Below are positions 36,233 through 47,421 of a stretch of DNA of 64,000 bases, piece by piece. The notes beneath the pieces were generated by a model. That model saw only the letters and a list, made by a program, of their open reading frames with translations. It made no database searches and had not been told where the DNA came from. Origin of the DNA: Azolla caroliniana (lineage: Eukaryota; Plantae; Polypodiophyta); assembly GCA_043228905.1 (NCBI GenBank), contig JBHGNT010000006.1, forward strand, positions 8,494,001 to 8,558,000, given 5' to 3'. Made by a program: the position numbers and the translations under genes. The stretch's first letter is position 1; each line of letters opens with the position of its first letter.

Positions 36233-38185
36233 ATGACTTTTGTGGTGGCTACTTCCACTACACCGACTCCTACGAAACCTAGAAGCGCCAACAAACGTCC
36301 AACTAAAAGACCACGAGCTCCAATAGTTTCAACTACTCCGACCCCTCCAAAAACTACTAGTACCCAAGTAATCTCCATTGAATCACCGCTAATTTCCCAA
36401 CACTTTGAAGATTACAAGTGTAGGATAATCGCAGAGTTTAAAAACCTCTATCGAAAAGCAGAAAAAGCTAAAAAAACATACACTCGTATGTCAAACCTAA
36501 ATTCTCAGAATATAGCCACTCATAGCTTGAGAATCCATCCCCCTAGACTAATTATTGAGCAAGAAGATATTAATAAAAGCCTAGAACTAGAGTTTACTTC
36601 CATCAGAACACAATATAGTAAAGATGTCACGACCACATATGTTAAGCATTTAGATAGTCTTGTCCATTACTACACAAAAACAGTAGATGACTTTCCTATA
36701 ACTGTGCGATCGGATATACTCAAAATTGCTAATCTCCTAAAAGCCCTTGTTTGTTTTGACGAAGTAGAGGAACCCGATTCAAGCCCAAACTCATTTAGCA
36801 AACAACTTGAAATTTTCCAAGAAGAGTTAGCAATTAATATTCTAAAAGAATGTAATACTATAGCTCTCTCATTCACTTATAGGGAAGCCTTTAGGGCAGC
36901 TGCTATGCAAAGAAAAGATAAAGCCCAATCAATAAATGACAACACTCAAAGCACAAGTAAGCACCATATTAGAGAGATAGATATAGATATGGAGTCTGAT
37001 GATGATATTGAAGAGGATATTGAAAAATTTGTCAATAGTTTCGAGAAAGATCAATATAACAAATTTCAGTATACAGCTCAGCACAAAAACCCTAACTTGA
37101 GAACAAACCCTAAGCCTAAGCCTAAGCCTAACCCTTACTTGAGAACAAACCCTAATCCTAACCCTAACCCTATTTCTAAAACAATTCCCAACCTAAAAAC
37201 TAACACTAACACAAACCCTAACCCTTTGCCTCGAACAACAAACCCGAAGCCTCCTCCACCACAAATTCACCGCGGATCATCCAACCACCGCAACCATCCT
37301 GAATTCATCTGCAACATAAATAATAATGAAGTTAGCATGAACCCATATCCTCACAACCTCAACCATCAAAACCCAAAAGTACTTTTCTATAGATCCAACG
37401 AGCTTTCTGCAGGCCCAAACACAAACTCGGCCTACCCTCACCATAACCCGAACTCCAACTTTACCACTCATGCTTCCCTTCGTACAGGTCCTTCACATCA
37501 TCCACCACAAAATCTCCATCAACAACCTCCATCATCACTTTCCGGCGGCAATAGAGACATCAACCACTATAATCATCCACCACAAGATCTCCATCAACGA
37601 CCACCATCATCACTTTTCGGCGGCAATAGAGACATCAACCACTATAATCATCCACCACAAGATCTCCATCAACGACCACCATCATCACTTTTCGGCGGCA
37701 ACAGAGACATCAACCACTATACGCATGCTTGGCCACATGCTACACACGGAGCACCTCCATCTCTGATCCATAGCCTCCACTCATCGGCCGCACCTCCTCG
37801 ATTCTCGTCGGCCCAACACAACCAGCAACAGTTTGACGGGATTAATGCACAAGCAAGCTACAACGATGTTCTGGCCTCCAGTCATGCATTCGATTACAAC
37901 AAAGTCCATCTCCCCCATTCTCACCTCCCTCCTCTACTCCTCAGCCCTCCTCTGTATACTCAGCCCCTCGAGACATCTCATCCCTCCTTTCCCCCTCAAT
38001 TTTCTTTCCCTCCTACGTTGGGGCAACAACCCAGCCCATCCCTTTTCCACACCAAGACCCCAACACCCTTTCCTTATTCATGGCCACCGCACCCATACCC
38101 CACGCACTCTCAAAACCCTCGCCCCACACTTTCTACTAATTCTTTGTATACGCCCCAAAAAACGTCTAAACCAAAAAACGTGTAG
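36233..38185 (+). CDS. PLE ORF1: helical/coiled-coil-like N-half, acidic patch, Pro/Asn/His-rich low-complexity C-half
   Basis: Open 650 codons from ATG 36233, in the frame of ORF 36137-38185; ends at the slippery site upstream of the RT. Confidence 0.75.
   Translation: MTFVVATSTTPTPTKPRSANKRPTKRPRAPIVSTTPTPPKTTSTQVISIESPLISQHFEDYKCRIIAEFKNLYRKAEKAKKTYTRMSNLNSQNIATHSLRIHPPRLIIEQEDINKSLELEFTSIRTQYSKDVTTTYVKHLDSLVHYYTKTVDDFPITVRSDILKIANLLKALVCFDEVEEPDSSPNSFSKQLEIFQEELAINILKECNTIALSFTYREAFRAAAMQRKDKAQSINDNTQSTSKHHIREIDIDMESDDDIEEDIEKFVNSFEKDQYNKFQYTAQHKNPNLRTNPKPKPKPNPYLRTNPNPNPNPISKTIPNLKTNTNTNPNPLPRTTNPKPPPPQIHRGSSNHRNHPEFICNINNNEVSMNPYPHNLNHQNPKVLFYRSNELSAGPNTNSAYPHHNPNSNFTTHASLRTGPSHHPPQNLHQQPPSSLSGGNRDINHYNHPPQDLHQRPPSSLFGGNRDINHYNHPPQDLHQRPPSSLFGGNRDINHYTHAWPHATHGAPPSLIHSLHSSAAPPRFSSAQHNQQQFDGINAQASYNDVLASSHAFDYNKVHLPHSHLPPLLLSPPLYTQPLETSHPSFPPQFSFPPTLGQQPSPSLFHTKTPTPFPYSWPPHPYPTHSQNPRPTLSTNSLYTPQKTSKPKNV
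37499..37720 (+). repeat. Three in-frame 75-bp tandem repeats in PLE ORF1
   Basis: HPPQ(N/D)LHQ(Q/R)PPSSL(S/F)GGNRDINHYN, three copies. Confidence 0.9.
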
Positions 38186-38228
38186 CGAGGCGTGCTAAAC
38201 GAATTAGTAAACGGTTTAAGCACGCCTT
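38173..38228 (+). promoter_or_regulatory. Predicted -1 ribosomal frameshift signal (A AAA AAC plus stem-loop)
   Basis: A AAA AAC in the ORF1 frame, one codon before the TAG. Stem AGGCGTGCT-AAAC/GTTT-A-AGCACGCCT. The -1 frame is open into the RT. Confidence 0.85.
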
Positions 38229-40178
38229 ACACCCGTGTAAACGTCTCTTTTACATACTAGATAGGCCCCCTTTAACGAGTGATACGTACATGTGGCTAAG
38301 TAGAAAAAACTCACATTTCCCCTTCTCCCCTTACACTAAATCACCCACTAAAAGGCTTAGATACAAGTTTTGGAAACCACTTACTCCCACCATAGACACG
38401 ACTCCCGTCTTAAAAAGAAAAATTCATAATCTTTCAAATTATGCCCTTAGTAAATTAGAAATCAAAATTTTAAACCTAGGACTTAAGTTTATACCCCCCT
38501 GCCCCCCACCTACTAACCAATCCATTCTTCAAGAATACCAAAACCTCAGTAGATCCTTGAGACTTAAACATTTCTTTAAAGACTTCAACTCTTCCCCCTC
38601 TAATCCCTTCAAACTACCCAACCCGAATTGGAACCCTCCTACTAAGTATCCACCATTAGAGTCTATACTCCATAAACACAATATCTCTCTCTCCACAAAC
38701 CTCCATAATAATATACTACCTAATACCAAAATACCACTACACCTCCAAATAGCACTAACCAGCCTTAGAAAAAACAAACAAATAATCATCCTACCAGCGG
38801 ACAAAAACATTGGAGTTTGTGTCCTCGATAAAAAAACATACCTAGATAGGGCCCTAGAACATTTATCCGACATTACTACATATAAAAAAGTTAATAGTCT
38901 CCCATTAGAAGAACTTTTAAGTCGACTACATGACATAGTCAACCGTAACTTTAATATCTTGTCTCTCATAGAAATACAATTTATCCTACACAAACCTCCT
39001 AAAGGTTACTCAGTACCTAATATGTACTTCCTACCAAAAGTACATAAAACCCCTGTTAGCTATAGACCAATTTGCTCATATAATGGTTCATTATTTGAAC
39101 AAACGTCTAAATGGCTTCACCACCAACTCCTCCCTATACTTCTATGTCAAAAACAATATCTTAGGGACTCCCATTCCCTTGTCCAAACCTTAGAACAACT
39201 TATAACACCACCCAATAGCTTCATTTTCTCTTTTGATGATGAATCACTCTACCCTAGCATCCCGCCAAAACCAGGACTCTTAGCCCTAAAAAATCTTATT
39301 TCCCCCCACTTTTCGAACCAAAAAACTAATTTGATTTATACCCTTAGCGCCTCACTTTAGAATACCACTTCCTAAAATTCAACAACCAAATTTATCAACA
39401 GGTAAAAGGAACAACCATGGGCAGTAATTTTTCTGTTGTCTACGCATGTCTCTTCCTCTCATATCTAGAAAATTTCAATCCATCACCCCACCTTTTCTAT
39501 TTCACTAGGTATATTGATGATGTCTTTGGTGTCTGGACTAGTACTAAACCCCAACTTTTCGAATACCTAAACTTCTATTGTAACACTACTCAAAACTCTA
39601 TCAAACTAACCATACATACTTCTTACACGAAACTACCCTTTTTAGACTTGTGGATTAACTTAGATAATAATAGATTCACTTTTAATTGCTTTCAAAAAAC
39701 ACTTAATACATATCAATACATCCCTTATTCCTCCAATCACCCTCTCCATGTTAAAAATAGTTTCGTTTCGAATGAATTAAAAAGATATATGGTTAGAGAA
39801 AGCACATCCCTAGGTTATTTAAATATGCAAAAGAAATTCTTTACGAGACTTAGGGCCCGAGGTTATCCCACGCATTTTATTCTAAAGAACTTTAGAAAAC
39901 ACCCTTACTCCCTTAGACACACTCTCCTCTTCAAAGAAAAAACTAAAAAAACCACCCCACCCACTATCTTTAAACTTAGATATACTCGCCATACCCCCAC
40001 ACTAATTATCAAAGAAATGCTCACTAGCCTACACTCTAATATCCAATTAGATCCCCAACTACAACATATCCTTAAACCCATTATCTGTTGGACAAAATCC
40101 AAAAACCTCCACTCTTTTCTAGTCAAAACTAAAAACATCCTAGACCCCCATAAACATATTTTTTCACCCTTCATTTAA
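38173..40178 (+). pseudogene. PLE reverse transcriptase with one apparent 1-bp deletion near 39350
   Basis: HNLS...LNLGLKFIP, PADKN, YFLPKVHK..RPI, FDDESLYPSIP, GTTMGS, RYIDD, LPFLD, SNHP, RGYP, KNL..LV; stops with no GIY-YIG domain. Confidence 0.88.
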
Positions 40179-40559
40179 TCTATCCCCCTTCCTTGTTCCT
40201 CTCTCCTTCCCCCTTACTACTATTTACTAGTCACACACATCTCCTTTTTTTCCCCCTTCCCTCCTATCTATACCCCCCTATCATTCCCTTATATTTCACT
40301 AAAATCTATATTTCTTTTTTTTTCATCTAAGTTGTTAGCACTCACACACACACACACACCTCTGTGCTTAGAATCTCTTCTTTTTCTATTAAATTATCTA
40401 CCATATCACAAAGGCGCCCGCACTCCTTGCTACAACCGAACGGTTAATAACAAGAAAGGGAGAAGATAACTTGTGTAATTAGAAAATAGGTACAATAATA
40501 ATCGATTAGGTGTATGAAACATTAAGCATGTCATAAGGTAAGAAAACCCTAGGGTAATC

Positions 40560-40720
40560 GACATGTACCTCCTCACGACCACCACATCCCATAGAATCGG
40601 CCAAGTGATGGATCAATAGAGAGTAGAGTGGCATAGGTAAGCGACATACACCTCGTCAAGGCCACAACATCCCATAGAATCGGCCAAGTGATGGATCAAT
40701 AGAGAGTAGAGTGGCATTGG
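40560..40720. repeat. ~83-bp tandem duplication
   Basis: ACATCCCATAGAATCGGCCAAGTGATGGATCAATAGAGAGTAGAGTGGCAT occurs twice. Confidence 0.85.
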
Positions 40721-41521
40721 TGGAGAGAGAGAATGGGAGATACATCGCAATATGCAAAAGGGCCATGAGTTGAGCGCTCAACCCGATGTACGATAATAAT
40801 TAAAATCGTATCATGGTAGAAAGAAGAAAGAAAAGAAAAGAAAATGTAATACCACTTCCATATGACCAAGAAGAAAGCATCATAGAAAAGAAAAGAGAGA
40901 TCGAGAAAGAAGAATATCGGGTTTAGAATGTTGTTTTGATCCTGTGAAGAGCATGACGAGCCTTGTTAGATCCCCTTCGCTCACATGCAAAAAACATCAA
41001 AACAACAAAAAACAAATTGTTAGCAAATGCTTGAATACCACTGTTAAGAGTCTATTACTAATCAATAGACCAAAATAAAGTAAAAAGAAGGAAAATAGAT
41101 TGGATAGAAGAACCCGTTCCACACGACCACCCCTCAACTATGATCCAGACATAGCCAACCTACCATCGACATCCCATACCGCCGGATATAAGGATGACTA
41201 ATACCTTGGAAGAGATAAACACGATCGTCGAGACGAAAGCCTAGCCCGTGCCACTGGTGTCTAAGACAGCAACCTTCTGACGTAATGTGCTTATGAGGGT
41301 AGTTAAGCCTCATATTTATACCTAAGTTTTCTTAGGCCCCGTGAATAGATGTGCCTTTCTAAAAGGCTCTCCATTCATTGGTTATCCAAATCATGATAGT
41401 GCATGCACCTATCATTCCTTCTATCCAATCACATTAGTTCCCTTTTTAACATTAATGAACATACCCTTCACTTATATAAATATTGGTGACCTACCCTCAC
41501 CTACGTTATGTGTACATAACA

Positions 41522-41812
41522 GTTGGAGGGTTGACATCACGTATTGCACATCCCAACTCAGTCAAATGCTTGGGATTGTGGCTTTTACGTGATGAAGACT
41601 ATACAGATGTTGGTCGCGGAGTTCTTATGAGGATGGATATCTCTGGCTTTTGTAAGTGTGAATGCAAATGGATGTATCATGTGGATTTTGTATAGCTATA
41701 TTCTTATACATATTTGGTGACAGGGCACAGAGATTTGTTTCACCAAATTTGAAGTGGATTCACTTCGGATTCAACTCGAAGGGTGGGCACAAAGGGTACT
41801 AGGATTTCCGGC
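41522..41812 (+). pseudogene. Ulp1-like protease pseudogene, 3' part
   Basis: IPTQSNAWDCGFYVMK (Gln/Cys catalytic motif) soon after the TSD, then FTKFEVDSLRIQL after a probable intron. Confidence 0.72.
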
Positions 41813-43218
41813 TGCAGCTGGTGGCCCCATCTTGTAAATTTTGTATAGTTGTCATGGCCACAGAAATTCTATATACGGTGGATATATGGCTATATAATTT
41901 GTATCCAAGCGGATATTGTAAATGTGGTCTTATATTTTGTAAACGATGGATATTGTAATTATGGTCAACTTTCTGTATACTGTGTATTTCTATATGGCGA
42001 AAATACGGCTCATTGTATATCGAAAATACTTATTAATGGAAAAGCTACCAAAACTATTGTTTTAGAAAAAGTTGTTTATCTCAAGTGTTTGTTTGTTTAG
42101 ACGAGATGTATCACATTGGTGCACCGAAACCAACCAATGAAGAAGACGTTGGATCCATAAGGCAGAAGCAAGCAATTGGTGTGAAGAGAAGAGCATCAAT
42201 CGACGTTTCACAAGATCATATTGGTAGCTCCCCAAACACTTCCAAAACACACATCGGAAAAATGCAAAGAGGTGCAAGTCAAGCTAGTACATGGTTGCCA
42301 ATATGTGCGACAAAGAAGATTCGATGCTTGCATTGCGATGCCTTGACCTTTAGATCAAGGGACTTGAATGTTGATTGTTGCAAGAATTGTAGCCGCATCT
42401 TGCCATCATCTCCAAATAAGCCATAAACATAGCTTGAGTGGTTTTGCGAGCCATTGCAATTGGGTTTATGAATCAAGTATGTTTAAAGTATATTTATGTT
42501 AAAAGTATGTTTTAAGTTTATTTATGTTTTAAATTCTATGTTTCAAGTATGTTATAAGTTTATTTATGTTTTAGGTTTTATGTAAAGACTAAGTTTTAAG
42601 TTTTAAGATCAGATTTATTTGAAGATTTTGGTGGAAATGATACATTTGGTTAGGCGACCTTTGACAGGGTTGGGCGACAGTGGACAAATTTTTGCCACGC
42701 GTTCTTTCTTGTCCAAATCGGACGGTGCAGATCGCACACACCATGCTTCACCGTCTGTGGCCGCGATTCCCTCGCCAGCCCTATTTATGATTTGGTGTAT
42801 AATAGACACGAGTTTATGTATGTATGTATGTATGTATGTATGTATGCTTGCTTGCTTCTCATGGCACCGCTAAATGCAAAGGCAGACAGGAACCTACACT
42901 AAAGGTTGGGGTGTACACATTTGAAGAACAAGTTATGGTCTTCTCTATATGTATATGAAGTTGGAGTTAGGGTTAGGGTTAGGGTTGATTCCATGCTCTT
43001 AAGGTTAAAACAAGAACTCCATGCATGGTCTTTTTTGTGTGATGGAGAGCCATTCAAACGAGAGTATAAAAAGACCCACCCTGTAAATATACAGCACCCT
43101 CGTTGATCTCTATACTTCTCCTCCTCTTCTTCCTCTTCCTCTTCCTTAATCCCGTACACACAAGTTGAAGAAAAGTCAGGACATATCCACATTCTTAATA
43201 CCATTAAGATATATATCA

Positions 43219-44462
43219 ATGGCTTCTTCCTCTAATTTAAGCTCCTCGACCATTTTCAATGCCTCTTGCATCACATTAACCAAGGTAATTATATGCTGAA
43301 TATGTCATAAATAGATAGATAGATAGATAGATATATTTTTATATATAGGCATCGATTCTAACCAATCGATTGGTTTTCTTATTGTTATTGATGCGATGCA
43401 AACAAAACAAAAAAGACATTTTGTGGCTCTTCTCTTTCTGAGGCTAAGAATTTGGCGGTGCCAATGTGGAGAATCAGGAAGCTCAAAATCAATTGCGAGG
43501 TAAAAGAAAAAAGAAAAAAACACATGAAATTTGTAACATTTGTTTGAGATCAAAAGTCTTGGTTTCTATTGTGTAGGGTCATGTGTCCATATGGTTGTAT
43601 CCTGTGTTGCGTGGCCATGTGCTGTATATTGGGTTGCTGCATGTTAAACTCGTTCACAATTTCCATCTTGTTTCTATAATTGGTTGTCTCTAAATTCATG
43701 GTCGGGAGATGTATGAATTTGCAATTCATACAACCCAAAACTATGTGTGCATGCATTGTATGTATACATATGATGTTACTAGATTGTGTATTGATATGAT
43801 ATGTACATTGTATATCGTATGCATCAATGTGTTTGTGTAATTGTATTTATGTGATGCTAGACACATGCATACATACATACATACATACAATATACAGACT
43901 GCCTGAACCTGTGTAATGTGTTAAATGTTGGATTATATTTTTGCTAACCCTAAACCCTAATCCACATAAGTAAATACATTGTGGTGAGTGGACTTTACTT
44001 CCAATAATTTCCTTAAATTTGATAAATGTGATGATTGATAAGCATGTTTTATTCTCACTTTTGATAATCCAGGCTACCTCAGATACTAATACCGTTGTTG
44101 CGACCCCGGAGACAGTGAAAAGAGTTGTCGACATTGTTGCCAATCAACTTGCCACTTCGACTGATTCCATTAATCCGCACTCCAAATTCCAGGATTTGGG
44201 CGCGGATTCCCTTGATCAGGTGGGTATACCCCCCTGATGCTTTTACTCTTAAAAAACTCTCTTTAGCATGCTTTGATGAGAATATGTTAGGTTTTATGTA
44301 ATCCATGTGTTTTTTGTAACAAACTAATATATGTAGGTGGAGATAGTGATGGCTTTGGAAGAGGAATTCAATATCAGTGTTAGTGAGAATGGTGCCGAAT
44401 CAATCTCTACAGTGCAAGACGCAGCGGATCTCATCCAAAGAGCTGTCTCGGAGAACCCTTGA
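43219..44462 (+). CDS. ACP: Plastid acyl carrier protein; exons 43219-43284, 43416 (or 43443)-43499, 44073-44219, 44337-44462
   Basis: Ser-rich transit peptide, then [17 protein letters not shown]...[11 protein letters not shown]|[15 protein letters not shown]...[15 protein letters not shown] introns, all phase 0. Confidence 0.92.
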
Positions 44463-47421
44463 GGATTAGGAATTGTGACCAAATCCTGGTACCACATCCA
44501 TAAGAAATATATTGCGAAATGATAACCCAATTTGGGCAATAGACTTCCCAGTCAATTATAATACCCACTCGTCAGGATATGCAATAATGTTGATTAATAT
44601 TTAAGCAAATAAAAACAAACTCATTTGCCATCCAAATGTGTGGACTATTGATATGTGTGTGTGTGTGGATGTCCAACTACACTTGAAAATCTAGATGTTT
44701 TAAGCTTTGGGATTATATTAATTCAATGTAGCCTTACCAAAATCTACACAAAATTGATTCCATATATGAGCACATAATTGGCATTCATTTCTTCCACAAG
44801 CATGTCATGGTCAAGTAACGATAGTCATGACTTTCATGCTATTTCATTAATATAAATTAATTAGTTTGAGATGGATTTACTAGGTGAGTCACTCTAAAAG
44901 GTTCATTCACCTCAATTTGGCGCACCATCTTCTACATCAATAATTGCAACTGTGTGCGAGTGGATAATCTGTGAGCAACAAATACTATATAGAACAAGAG
45001 TGAATTTTTTATTGTGAGCAAACTATGATGACGGCAATGGTTGTACCCAATTCAATGTGGCCTACGAGATGGATTAACAATCAATAATAAAATTGACTTG
45101 GTGTCGTAACATTGTAGGAAGAGTTGAGACAATGTTGCTTTCATATTATGCAACATTAGCATCTACTTATCGAACACATTTTGTGATAATCATACACACT
45201 CTCAATCATTACTTCGAACACATTGTGATAAGCACGGAATAAACAATTACTTAATTACACTTCATTAATCTAGAGAAACATGGGGGCAATGTGTAAAGCA
45301 ATAACATTATCATAAAATCTCTTGATCAAAGAGATAGTCACAATGGGTTGAGACTAGGGAGAGTAGAAATCTCTTGATCAAAAAGCATTCGGAATCCATT
45401 AGCTCAATATTGTGAAGGACACTTTGATCAATTTTGAATGTGAATTTCATCAAAAACATCTACATACCATATAATTATTTAAAATGTTATCTTTTGGAAC
45501 ATTAGGAATTTCTTTTTAGCTTTTCAATTTTGGCATCTATAGAAAAAAGTTGTACCTTTGATGACAAGAAAATGCCCCTTCTATATAGCCTTCATATTTA
45601 AGAGGGCATCCTTTGATGTTCTTTAGTGTCTCTTTTTCCTAATTCCACCGATAACTTTATACACACTTACTTCGTGTAAGAGTATTATATTGCATAAATT
45701 ATGAATACTAACATATTTTCCCCATCAAACAATATATATTTATTAGTGGATCACAACACTATGCGTGATGGAAGTAAATATGGTTCATCTTGAATGAAGT
45801 CACACATTGAAGTTTCATATTTTGATGGGAGGTAGACAAGCATCACGTTCTCTTTTGTGTGTTTTGATGGATTATAGAGCAATGCAAGTCAACTAAGGTT
45901 GCTTGATCCATGGCCACTCTCAAAAACCATATCATTAACCATTGTCCACTGATAGTGAGGCCTGACAAAGAATCTTATACCTTTATTGGGTCAATATTGT
46001 TAGTTCAAAAGTCTTCTTCACATTGGGCCTAACCTCTTCACCCTAATCATCCATATCCCTACCTAATTAGGCCCATATACATGTTGTAATCATATGTTCC
46101 ATAAAACAATAATAGAGAAGTCGCATCATGTAATCATTTCTTTAAATATTTCCAAGTCTGACCTTATACTACCTTTATGGATGCATACTCTACCAATCCA
46201 AGGCCTAGACATGTGCTTTGTTACATGACTAGCTTTATTATCCATTACCATAGTCACGTTGTCAACCTAGTGTTGCTCTATGCCTATCATGAGTCACAAC
46301 CTTGATGTAGTCTATGAATATCACATATGTGCACATCTATTTGAGGGAACTGGGCAAGAGGAATTTGATATCATTATTAGTTACAATGATGCGGAATGTC
46401 ATGGTGAAGAACAAGATGGATGTCCTCCACATAGCACTTCATTTCCTCAAAGAGACGTCCCTTCTACCCTGATATCATTCAATTGACAAGTTTTCCACTT
46501 TCTTTGTAATTCTCACGTCCATCTTTATCATCAAAATTTTTTATATGGTCCACCCAAAGTTATTTCAAGTAACATTGGACACAACAGTAATATCATGAAG
46601 AATAACTAAAGTTTAGTCTTTAGTGTCATACTCCATTAAAGGTACTTTCTATCAGAATCCATTATTCCACCATTGACAACTTTCTGTAGGGAGGGCCCGC
46701 TCGTATGTAATTGTCATGCAAGTGCCAAATGCACCACACACACACACGGAACAAACGTTTTTTTTATTATTTGGCATGGAATTGAGAGTTGGAAATTAGG
46801 GCAAAAGCATAATAATGATGTAAAACCTTCTACAAGTCTATATAGTGGGGTTGCTAAGTTACAAGAAACTGCATTAGACCTTATCAAAGGTAGCATATTG
46901 TAGGCCCATATCAACGCATACACCATAGCGATGGTGGTTAGACACAAAGACAAGAGTCATTTTCAGCTACTACCAATTTTCAACAAACAAATCCAAGTCC
47001 AGAAAACAAAGAGCAATGTGGAGTAAAACCACGGGTACAGTGTGTCTGGAAGTCAGATGATTTATTACAGAAGGCAAAGAAAAACCAAGGCTAATGATAA
47101 TAACAACTTCCAATTGCATGTAAGCTCACCAAAAGTTAAAAATTAAAATAAAAACAGAAGAGAAAGATAAAAATAAAAAAAAGATAAGGAAGAGTAGACT
47201 CTTTTCTTTTCCATCCACAAGAGGAATGAAGAGACTCTCTCAAAACATCCCTGCAGTGTGCTTGTTGTTGTTGGTGTGACAATTCATTCATTAGTCCTAC
47301 CAATGACAAGAGTCTGTACAATGCTTGAAAACAGGAGACCTAGAAGAAGATTGTCTGGTGAACAAAACGAGACATGGAACGAAAGAAACAAAACCCGTCT
47401 TTTTCTTTCTTTCGATTTATT

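Larger units (their letters stand above)
36190..40400 (+). mobile_element. Penelope-like retroelement (PLE) lacking a GIY-YIG endonuclease; ends approximate
   Basis: ORF1, frameshift signal and PLE-type RT. The plus strand is strongly A/C-rich and G-poor, and this composition switches near 40430. Confidence 0.85.
27542..41521 (-). mobile_element. Chromovirus Ty3/gypsy element (gag to RT deleted; hosts nested elements)
   Basis: LTRs 27542-28017 and 41042-41521 (TGTTAAGAG...CATAACA). TSD GTTGG at 27537-27541 and 41522-41526. PPT GAAGTAGGGGAGTA; degenerate PBS TGGTATTCAAGC. Confidence 0.92.
25520..42790 (+). mobile_element. Relic DNA transposon (CACTA- or MULE-like) carrying a Ulp1/C48 protease, interrupted by nested retroelements; boundaries approximate
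   Basis: Subterminal motif GGTC(G/A)CCCAAC repeated at 25520-25725 and inverted at 42646-42678. Ulp1 pseudogene lies in between. Confidence 0.5.

Noticed and set aside
39340-39360. A second programmed frameshift within the PLE RT
   Set aside because: There is no slippery heptamer or downstream structure. A single-base deletion or sequencing error is simpler.
40929-41007. Possible hammerhead ribozyme near the PLE 3' side (GTGAAGA-GCATG...CATGC-AAAA inside a long hairpin)
   Set aside because: Both core motifs deviate from CTGANGA and GAAA, and stem I is not adjacent to the core. Strand composition suggests it belongs to the chromovirus leader. It is kept only as an imperfect hairpin.
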